From NCBI GenBank assembly GCA_965113315.1, contig OZ220364.1: DNA of 64,000 bases; one strand, written 5' to 3'. The notes under the pieces were generated by a model. It had not been told where the DNA came from, did no database searches, and was given only the letters and a program-made list of their open reading frames with translations. The translations under genes were made by a program, and so were the position numbers. Positions 23,217 through 33,525 of the stretch are shown here, piece after piece; position 1 is the first letter of the stretch; each line of letters begins with the position of its first letter. The stretch is from Podarcis vaucheri. Taxonomy: Eukaryota.

Positions 23217-25835
23217 CTGCAGAAAGGGCCAAGAGCAGAACCAATCAGTAGAGGAAGTGGTTCTTTGAAGAAAAAAATTAGCCAGGTCTTAGCAGTTTCT
23301 CTCATGCCACACAGATATCCGGCCGAGAATGGACATACCTTTTCTGAGGGGCAAGTGAGGTATGGAATCCATGAAGGCCGGATTCTGCATAAAGCAGGGG
23401 CTAGGGAAGGGCGAGTGACTGGCAGCTGCCTCAAAATGAGGCATCCCGGATAAGCAATACGAGCAACCCTGCTTCAGCAAGAGGCAACAGGAAGGAAAAA
23501 GCTGCTGACAATGCTGCTCGCTGGATTATTCTGCTAGCTGTTCATTTCACTTTAAACCCTTCGTGGATTTGCTCCTCCTCCTGATCCCCACTCAACTCTA
23601 TGCAATTTGAGATCACCCCGCCACAGCCTCAGACTTTAAAGGGCAATACCTTTCAGGCCACAACGTCTACATACTGCTGCTTCAAATGCAATGAGTTACT
23701 CAATACAGATAGGAGCCGAGACACAATTTTCTAGTGATGGGAGCTCTTGAGAGTACTTGACAAAAATAGGCCAAGAGCTACAGGAATATCTATGACCTGG
23801 ATCGGAAGGAACTCCGGACAAACTAAAATATTCAGGATACCCTGCTTTCTTATGGGATGATGCGGTGAATTCCCAACTAATTACTGACCGAAAATTGCAA
23901 CTTTCCACCACAAGGTGGCAGAAAAAAATCAACTCAGAATACGGTACTGTACAAAATGGGCAATTAGTGAAAGGCTGTGGGAGTCCTTGTTATAGAAAAG
24001 GAAACAGGAAAAGCGTAGGTGATGAAGCCAAAGCCTTGATGCCAGAAGGAGAAATTGCTCTCTTTGGAAGGAGGGGGGAGGACTAAGAGGAGGAGGAGCT
24101 GCCGCTGCAAGCACGCATTAGGGATATGGTTCAGGAAATGTCCTTTCTGCAACTGCAGTCAACTTTCAAAAGCTACAGCCAGGAAGAGGACGGGTGGCCA
24201 CACGGTACTTGCTTATTGGAACTCCTGTCTCTCCAAGATGACCGCAAACTCCTCATTCCTAACTACTGCTCTGTCGTGCTAAATTAAATTACAGAGATCT
24301 TCAAAACAGTGGGACTGGTAAAACCAGCAACTCCTCTACCTATAGAAGCTTAATCTTGAATCAATGTGTTCCTTTCTTGATACCCTACTAACAAAAGTAG
24401 CTTTTCCATGCCCATTTCTACTTTTGCATCCCAAGTCCCTGGAGCTTGCTCTTGAAAATTAATACAACTCAAGCAGAGACCCTTCTTCAAATTGTGGCTA
24501 CTCTTTGGCCATGAAGGTTTGGTGGCACGTGATAGCAGAGCAAACGTTGACTGGCAGACCCTTTAGCTACATGCATCTGAAGTCTAGTGCTATGAAACAA
24601 TCTTAACATAGCTGCTTCTACCTCCACGCTCCCAAGGAGGGCAAGGACAGGACGGGTAACAGCTACAGCCTTTTCAGGGCTCTATATATAAGAAGACAGA
24701 ACGCAAGGCCACTGCAACCTGACAGTATCATGGAATGTGATACTAAACATTCCCAGTAAAACAAAACACAAAAAACTCATCAAAACAAGAAGACCTGACA
24801 GAAATAGCTATGAAGTGAGACGTGTATTCAGAACAGATCTAACATTAGACAGGAAACAAAGTAAAGGACATTTATTTTGTAGTGCGCTTATTTGCTGAGA
24901 ATACTCCAGATGCAGTATGATTGAAGCTGAGCTGGACAGGTGCTCAACAAAGCCTGATCAGGTCCGTGGTATGAAACAAAACCAGACACGATATACTACA
25001 CCGTGTATCCAGATACACAAAAAGATGCAGGAAAAAAGAGTGTTTCATGAATGCTAGCGCCTCACAAAAGCCCACCAAACAGAGGCCAGATACACAGAGC
25101 TTTCAGTGTCTCCTGAGCACAGTCTGTCAAGCAGGTGGTTCAAACAGTGTGTCTGGCCCTTCACAGTGCTCCATTCTTGGGAGAAACTGCTGAAGACAAG
25201 TGCAGGAGCACAGAACAGCATCAGCAAGGCATGACCCTCTTTCCGTGCCTGACTAAGCTCAACGATCAATTCAACTCCAGGCATCTTCCTTCCTGTAGTG
25301 TAGACACTTCATTTGGGTTTTGGCGCAGGAAGTTTCCCACAAGCTACCTTACAAGCCTCCCTCGGGAAAAGAGCCACACTAAAGGGGTGAAAAATCTACT
25401 TAACAGTTTGAGATAGGCAAGAGGCCCGATGCCTGAAAGATCCTCCTTACCCACATCACACAGCCATCTGTATCAGCAGCACCATGCAACTTAGGCTACA
25501 GGAGAGGAAAAGAAGAGTGCCGTCAGGGCTCATGTCTTGCAAGATACCTATCAACCAAGGTATGATACAACAGGTGTGAATTAAAGATCACTGGGAAAGC
25601 AGTATTCTAGACAGTGCCTCTTCTTGGACGCAATTTGAGGGAAAGGGGGAAGTGCTTCTGTTTGGTGTTCCGTCGCGATCAAATGTGTGCACCAGATACC
25701 ATCTCTGCTTTCTGGTTTATCTGTTGCAAAGCTAGCTTACTCCCTGCTATCCCGGGCTCAGCAGGACAGCTCAAGTCTGAACACCGAGGCCTGATTCCAT
25801 GCCCTTCACACGCTAGCAGGCAAGGCAGAACTTAC

Positions 25836-25906
25836 TCAGATCCAGCAGCCATATCTGAATAAGATGTATCTGGTGTGGTGACTCCCAGAGGGATTGCAAT
25901 GCTCAT
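25836..25906 (-). CDS. SETD5: SETD5 coding exon 1 ([24 protein letters not shown]); the exon itself starts at 26010
   Basis: ATG at 25906-25904, 71 nt coding, donor GA|GTAAGT; upstream acceptor ttccccttggcag at 26011. Confidence 0.96.
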
Positions 25907-25921
25907 GACGTTTGTCAGGGA

Positions 25922-26002
25922 TCACGGAGTCCAAAGGGTAGCGACTGGCGGCTCCAAGGGCGGGGAGCAGCCGCAGAGCCTCGGCCAACACGTCACGGAC
26001 AT
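25922..26002 (-). promoter_or_regulatory. uORF in SETD5 5'UTR (MSVTCWPRLCGCSPPLEPPVATLWTP*)
   Basis: ATG 26002-26000 and TGA 25924-25922 lie in the start-codon exon, in frame with the main ATG; the stop is 15 nt upstream of it. Confidence 0.8.
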
Positions 26003-28730
26003 GGGGAAACCTGCCAAGGGGAAAAGAAACAATGCACTGCATTTTTGTGTATCATTGCCACAGACATATGGTTCACCCTGCCTGCAAAACCATCCTAAAG
26101 TTGAGGACAGTGCAGGCTGAAGGAAGGAATGAGAAACTTCAGAGGATGCGTGTTGTCTCTTGCCTCTGCATTACTTTTACATAATCTCCTCTCAAATATG
26201 GCCACCTGGTTCACATGCAGATATTTCCTCGTGCCATAAAAGAGAATGCCAAGCACAGGCAAGAGGCCCGCAGGCCTGTCTTGCAAAAGACGGTCACATG
26301 GGTAAAACTGCCAGTAGGGGAGGCAGAGCACAACACGTGTGTGTGTGTGTGTGTGTGTGTTTTGAGACAGAATCCCACAGCAGCCAATGAGAAAAGAAAG
26401 CAGCACGGAAGGCATTTATTCATTTCTGTAATGATTTATTTCAGAATGATCCTCATGACAACCCTAGTGCCAAAACCCAGTTCCTGAGCTTCACAGATGT
26501 GCATGAGATGCAAAGTCATCTCCCAAATCCCTCATGCTCACTTGGGACAAGGTTTAACACAAGAGGAACAGGGGGGAAGGGGCATATCTGAAATGGTGGT
26601 GAAAGGGGGAACAGTTGAAGGCAGATGGCTGCACAATGAAGGAAGTAATGAGCCCAAAGGCCGTGCCTCTCTCTGTTTTGTACTCTGATACTAAAGTACA
26701 ACATACAGTACATGTGCCTCTCTTCAGACCTGAACACAACATGGACATTTAAACCACTGTGTTACTTGGAAATATACAGAGAAGCAGCTACCAGGAAAGG
26801 AATGGGCCCTACTCTTTCATATATTTTGCAGAGACAAGTAACTAAACACACACAGATCCACCATTCAGATTTGGTATGCTATGTAATCCGGCATCTACAC
26901 TCAACTGCAACTGAGTACAGAATGAGAAGCAGCCCTGATACAAAGGCCAACTTGAGGGGGGGGGGACTTAAGTAAGGAAGGGAGCATGAAGTGAGAGTTG
27001 CAATGGATGGTTCGGCCTACATGCAACCTGTCTGTACCTGCCTCAACAGAGCTCGAGGCCTTCCAGTAAGTAAGAGGATATTTAGTTTGTGCCTTGCAGG
27101 TGTATCCAGGCTGTGCAGGGGGGCTCTATCCTTTGGGAATAGATTTGTATCTGCAGAGCAGATCACTTGTGGGAGATGTTTACTCCCAAGCTCTTGGAGG
27201 GCAGCAGGAACTTGTGGATTAAAGCAGGTGGGGAAAGCTCACCAGTAGGTGCTGCTGGCTCTAAAGGGTTCAATGAGCGACCATCCACCTTGCCTTGCCA
27301 CAAACTGCTTTTGTGAAACCAATGGTTCTTTGCCCATGGTAGACATATTACTAATTAACAATCTGTTCATTCCTATTACAGAGAACTTGGAACAGCTGCT
27401 GCCCACTGTAGCCTTTCAAGATCTTTCCTACCTCCACAAATTACCCATATACAAGGATGAGGTCTGTGATGTGATTGTGGTGGAATGTGGGAGAAGCAAA
27501 TAAATGTTGCACTTTCTTTCTGACATAGTTCCTTTGCACTTTCTTCCCATTCTTCAGGGCTAGCCATGCCATCAGGGCAGCTCTTTGTGTGGGAAACAAG
27601 CATTCAAGCTTTGTAATTATTACTAGTACAGGTTGGGCCAAATGCAGAAGGCACAGAACTTAACATGCATCACTCCCTGTGAGCAAGGCACCATCAGGTA
27701 TCAAATCACTTCACCGATAGGTAAGCCGAGAAAAGGCTAGTAATTGTTCCCCTCTGAAAGAGGGTGTAGAAATATGGATCACATCTTGCTAGGAGGGGCT
27801 GGAAAATTTCTTCAGAATGTTTCTACAGTTAATAGCATTATCTGCAGCCATAAAAGGAGCTACATCACATGCACATTTCTACAGAGGAAGTATTTCCCTG
27901 GCACATTAGAACCTGTGTGTGAACGTGTGCCTGAATATACATACACGCACACAAGAGGTAAGAGAATATGCAATTGCAGATTGCCTTTGGAGTCTTCCAT
28001 TCTGTCCAGGAATGCTCACTACTGTGTAAAGCAGTGAATGTGGGCTGCACTGGTACTCAAACAAGGTTTTGCCCCACTTATTCACAGGCAAGAGCACGGG
28101 AATCCCAGGGGTTCCTTTAAGGTTTGCCAAACAGTCCAAATATGGGTTTGCTTGCACTGAATGGCAAGCACCATTCTGGTTCCTTCTGAGAGCTGGCCAC
28201 GCAATGAAAGAAAGGCCTGCTGTTTCTAGTCCAACAGCCCTAAGCCAGATTCGCAAGGACTTAGGAAGAACATCAAGGCTCATCCTTAATTAAGAAAAAC
28301 AACAACAGCTTAATTATGGACAGTATCTTGTAGGAGGAAGTTCAGTAATGGAAAAGGACAGGAGAATTTAGCTGCTTTCACCCACAACACTATCGCTACT
28401 TAATAGTGGAGCACCAACAATGTGCTAGACATGGAACCCAATACCAATGCGACATGACCCCTGAACAAAGAGCTCACAAAACAAAGTACAAAAGAAATAA
28501 CAAAGAAAATGGGAGTCAACAAGGCTTGATAAATGGAAGAGCAGGGACATGTTTGGGATCTTACAAGTGAGGATTATGCAGAGACTGGAAGAAGCCACTA
28601 GGCTGATTCATGCAGCCCTACAAATAATAAGGAGAAGGTCTCACCCATACTACACAACGAGGTTCTCTAGTAACAACAACAACACCAGGGCAGGTGTACA
28701 ACCAGGCTGTCGTACAGGAATTGAAATTAC

Positions 28731-29005
28731 CTGATGCCTTGATCTGGGGATCTGTTCAAGGGAGAGAGGGCAGTATCAATTTTTTCCTGGTGGTGTTATA
28801 TGGAAATGGCCAGAATAGACTAAATATGCCATCTATATATCAACTCCATGACTATCAAATCTGAAACTGCCTCAACATTCAGGATGCAAGAGCAACAGAA
28901 TAGTGCAATCTTTGTTTCAGCCATCTCCCTTTATCCTTCACTCCCATCTGACCGATGTGGCTGAGACTTTGGAGGCAAGATGAAGAGCCGGCTGGAACGT
29001 TTTGT
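28731..29005 (-). other. Candidate non-coding 5'UTR exon of SETD5
   Basis: Acceptor cttattgtttttatag and donor CAG|gtaatt flank 275 nt of non-repetitive sequence. Confidence 0.35.
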
Positions 29006-29581
29006 CTATAAAAACAATAAGACAATGAAGCTCAGTGCCCCCTCCTCTGGACTAGGCTGGGTTCAAACCAAAGGGGCTGCTCTGTGGGGGCTTAATCCTT
29101 TTCTGCTGAATCTCATGAGCTGTGTCTCTGAATTCCGAAAAAGAAGGGGGCAGGGCTCCCAGTCTAGTTTGAGCCCCAGACAGGGCAGAAGGATGCCCAG
29201 TCATTAGAATTCTATTTGGCCTACATAATGCAGCCAATACAAAGCACCAAACAATCTTAAACATTTCTAACACCCAATAATGGTGATAATGTCCACCTTT
29301 CTTCTAAAGACCAAAAAGGGCATGCATCTTTTGAAAACCGCATTGTAAATCAAGAGGGGGGGAGCTGGACAGGAATCAGAATTAGAACTCTCCTGAAAGG
29401 TTTTATCAGTCTATACAAGTCTCCCACACTGATCTTACTTTCTACATTGCATAGGGTAGATTCAGGTGACTTCAAGACTCATATGACAGTGAAGAAAAAG
29501 CTGTACCACCAGTGAGATTGAGGAGAGAAACTCTGAGTGACCCATGTGCAACTTTTACTGTCATCCTCAACACACAGTTCT

Positions 29582-29828
29582 TAAAGGTAAAGTAAAGGGA
29601 CCCCTGACCATTAGGTCCAGTCGTGACCGACTCTGGGGTTGCAGCGCTCATCTCGCTTTATTGGCCGAGAGAGCCGGCGTACAGCTTCTGGGTCATGTGG
29701 CCAGCATGACTAAGCCGCTTCTGGTGAACCAGAGCAGTGCATGGAAATGCCGTTTACCTTACCGCCGGAGCGGTACCTATTAATTACTTGCACTTTGATG
29801 TGCTTTCGAACTGCTAGGTTGGCAGGAG
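29582..29828 (-). mobile_element. Sauria SINE 3' half
   Basis: aaaggtaaagtaaagggacccctgacc...gtgctttcgaactgctaggttggcagg. Confidence 0.9.
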
Positions 29829-30679
29829 AGAATAAATAGCATCTATACAGTGAATATGGTTCCAAACAAACAAACACATAGATTTGCAGCTGTAATCAGG
29901 TAATTAATGGTAACTTATGAAGCTACAGACAACTCTTTATTTATTAAGGTATTCATATCCCACCCTATGATGAAATCAAATTCAAAGCAGTTTACAAATA
30001 AAATAGTCATTTGATTAACTGCAAGCTTAAAATGCCAATCAACCAAATTTCAATGGCCAATGGCATCTGAAGATTTAAGACAGGTTATGATACAGCATTA
30101 ACTTGTATCCTAGACAGAGCCACATAACATCCAATATCAAAACTGGTGAATATCAAAACTTGGGAGTTCTGTGTATCTATCCAAAACAATGATGTGATGT
30201 GATCAGCAGTGATCTGCTGGTCACCCTTCAATCTGGGTGTCACATTCTGAAAATTATCAAGGAAGCATAGTACTGTATTCAGGCCCTGTATACCTGGTTG
30301 GGTGTAAAAGTCAAGTGCAATAATGCATAAAATAGGGGTAGTGACAAAGTCTGTGTTGGATGTTGAACCTGAAACATTGCTTTAAGGCTTGTAGCAGTTT
30401 GCATTATGCAGGGGTGTGGGCGTAGGTGTGGGTGGGTGGGTGTTCCTAGAATATATAATAGCCAAGGTGAAGAAGAAAAAACCTTAATGATATTTTTCCA
30501 AGTTTCTTCACATTTGGATACAGTTATAAACTGCCACATATTTACAAAATATACTGTCATCTTAACAAAAAAAGTTGGGAGAATTATGCTTGCAAGAAAA
30601 CTGCAGTCACAGTTTTCACTTTTAACATACTAACACAGTGATCAAGATGGTTGACACACAACATTAAACTGAACAGGTT

Positions 30680-30827
30680 GAGTGATAGCTCAGTTTGGTG
30701 TAGAGCATGAGACTCTTAATCTCAGAGTTGTGGGTTTGAGCCCCAAGTCGGTTGAGAGATTTCTGCACTGCAGAGCGTCGAACTAGTTGACCCTCGTGGT
30801 CCCTTCCAACTCTACAAATCTATGATT
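30680..30827 (+). mobile_element. tRNA(Lys-CTT)-derived SINE with CR1 tail
   Basis: tagctcagt...tagagcatgagactcttaatctcag...gtgggtttgagcccc head; gtcccttccaactctac...ctatgatt tail. Acceptor stem and T-loop degenerate, so not a tRNA gene. Confidence 0.8.
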
Positions 30828-30830
30828 TTA

Positions 30831-31360
30831 TTCTGCTCTGGTCAGACCTCACCTGGAGTACTGTGTCCAGTTCTGGGCACCACAGTTCAAGAAGGACACT
30901 GACAAACTGGAACGTGTCCAGAGGAGGGCAACCAAAATGGTCAAAGGCCTGGAAACGATGCCTTATGAGGAACGGCTAAGGGAGCTGGGCATGTTTAGCC
31001 TGGAGAAGAGGAGGTTAAGGGGTGATATGATAGCCATGTTCAAATATAGAAAAGGATGTCACATAGAGGAGGGAGAAAGGTTGTTTTCTGCTGCTCCGGA
31101 GAAGCGGACACGGAGCAATGGATCCAAACTACAAGAAAGAAGATTCCACCTAAACATTAGGAAGAACTTCCTGACAGTAAGAGCTGTTCGACAGTGGAAT
31201 TGGCTTCCAAGGAGTGTGGTGGAGTCTCCTACTTTGGAGGTCTTTAAGCAGAGGCTTGACAACCATATGTCAGGAGTGCTCTGATGGTGTTTCCTGCTTG
31301 GCAGGGGGGTTGGACTTGATGGCCCTTGTGGCCTATTCCAACTCTATGATTCTATGATTC
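30831..31360 (+). mobile_element. CR1 LINE 3' end (ORF2 C-terminus and 3'UTR)
   Basis: [11 protein letters not shown]...[23 protein letters not shown]...WNWLP; ends in attctatg repeats. Confidence 0.95.
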
Positions 31361-31371
31361 TGTGAACTTGT

Positions 31372-31688
31372 GTTTAACATGTGCAAATTCTTTGCTCCTC
31401 TCCAGCTCCTGGATGCACTGCGTGTGGGAGAAACAAACTATAAACAAGGCAGAGTCTGGTGGGCCATGTCATGAGGAGCAGGCCCCTGGTTTTGTTTCTC
31501 TCCAAACAAACCACGAAGAGGGGCCAAGGTTTGTTCTTGGCCAGCCTATCGTTGTTTGGAGAGAAACAAACCCCGAGCCCACAAAAGCTTGGGTTTGCAC
31601 ATGAGGCCCAACACTAGCTTGTTTCCTCTGACCACAAAGCACAGGAAAGAGCTGAGCGAGGAGCAAAACACCTGCATGTGTTAAAACT
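31372..31688. mobile_element. Unclassified palindromic (foldback) MITE
   Basis: Nested inverted repeats including perfect 19-nt tttgtttctctccaaacaa/ttgtttggagagaaacaaa. Confidence 0.65.
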
Positions 31689-32509
31689 ATCTCTTAATAT
31701 TGTTTGCAAACTGGGCCACTGCCTCCTTGGCTTCTGGGTCACAGCCTCCCTATTTCAAACCTTCCTTATCTGCCCAAGTCTCTAGGCCTTGGGCAACCAC
31801 TTCTCCCAACACAATTTCTTTCCCCCTCAGATCTGTGCATCCTCCACATATGCTTTCCCTTCATATTCTTGTTTCCAAATCCACTGGGTTCTTCAGCCAT
31901 GCTGATAGCTCTGTAAAATCAGCAAAGTAGCAACTACACGCAATTTTAGAGGATTGCAGTTCTTTGTCACGCCAGCCCTGAAAATGTCATTCTGAGATGG
32001 TCCTAAAAACTGGCTGAAAGCACATAAATATGAACAGAAACTAAGAAAGAGTCAAACAGCGAAAATCAGGAAGAACTCGCATTATTGAGTCAATGATCTA
32101 GAGGGGAAACACATGTGCAGCTGATACTAAAGTAGAATTAATGAGAATGAAAATCAGAGGAACAAGCAATATCAGAAACACACCAAACAACAAAAATGCA
32201 AGCCAACACTTCTGGATTCATTTTCCCCAGACCACATTCAGAGGGAGGGGAAACAGCTAAGGAGGAGGCCAGCACAAGGCACATTAGATCTTAGTTTGAT
32301 ATCAACTATAGGAGCGAAGCAGCTGGGGTGGTTTTGGAACAGCACAAAGACAGGCATTATGTCACAGAAGAGGCCCCTGCATTCACTTATAGCATATGGA
32401 ATAGTGCATCTGACAAAGCAAAGGAGAGGAAGGGGCCCAGTATCAAATGCTGCAGTTGCATCCCCTGATTTTTTGGTAGCTTCCCTGAACAATTTGGTGG
32501 GATGAGTAA

Positions 32510-33525
32510 ACTTGGACAAACACCACTGCTCACTCCTAACACCACATCAAAAAGTTTTTCGAAAGCCCAAGTACACATCTGCTGGATTCAACTCTATCCA
32601 TATTGATACTCTCAAAGAACTCTAATAGGTTAGTCAGGCAGCACTTATATTTGCAGGAGCCATGCTGATTCTTCTTCAGCACCATTTGTTCTTCAATATG
32701 CTTGTTAATGAGAGCTGAGCTCTCAACTGTGGCTCCTAGAAGCTGCCAGCATGCGACAGTGGCCACACCCCAGATACGGCTTCGACTGGCTGGCTAAACC
32801 AGATGAGGGTAGCCAATGGGTCTCAAACTCTCAGCGAGTTAGGGACTTCACCTGAATGCGAAGACAGGCTTTGGCAGATTGAACAGATGAGACCAACTGT
32901 GGGTCCAGTGGTCAAGAAAGCGTTTTCTGCATGTGCTGTAGAGGAAAGTGAGGGGCGGGTGAGGCTCGTCAACCTGGGGTGGTAGCCCACCTAGGAGAAG
33001 GAAACCTCTGTCCTAAGAGAAGGAAAACTCTGGTCCTAAACCTCTGCTGCCTTGTGAGATATCTTCAGGAGAAGAAAAAGCTAAGGAGTAAACCCAACAC
33101 AAATCCAGAGTGGAGTCCCTAAGGCGGTTGGATGGCGCCCTGTACACCTCCTTCTGGCAACTCTTGCAGCCAAGCTGGTGCCAGATGTATTGCTCTGCTG
33201 TTCTTTAGACCACACCAGCGAGGCTGAGAGCAGGGTCTTGTCGTCTGGGCAGCCCAGGACCCCCAGACACAATGCCCAGGCTTGCGTCCTGGCGAGGTCA
33301 CTTCAGTGCGGCTAACACAGTGGTTTGACTTCACCCCGGAGGTTCACTCCATTGCCTCTTGAGAAAGACAGGCGCAAACAACAACAACAGTGCTTGATGA
33401 TTTTGTGTTTAATAATGCTTTTCATATTAGTTTTCCCAGAACAGCTAAGTGGTCTGTAATTTCCTGAATCTCTCCCTACTCCCCTGATTTTTTAAAAAAA
33501 ATGGTATTGCAGTGGCCACTTCACA
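32510..33525 (-). mobile_element. Old CR1 RT fragment split by a nested insertion
   Basis: Minus strand: GNYRP-like motif at about 33440-33470 and NQHG..CLTNLLEFFE at about 32610-32670. Confidence 0.75.
32705..33390 (+). mobile_element. Non-autonomous RTE-like retroelement with (CAA)n tail
   Basis: ctaggagaaggaaaactctg motif resembling RTE 5'UTRs; (CAA)n end; TGCTTG duplicated at 32699-32704 and 33391-33396. Confidence 0.6.

Noticed and set aside
30680-30755. tRNA-Lys(CTT) gene
   Set aside because: Acceptor stem and T-loop are degenerate and it runs into a CR1-type tail; it is a SINE head.
30937-31284. 115-aa ORF as a host gene
   Set aside because: It is the C-terminus of CR1 ORF2 in a 5'-truncated copy.
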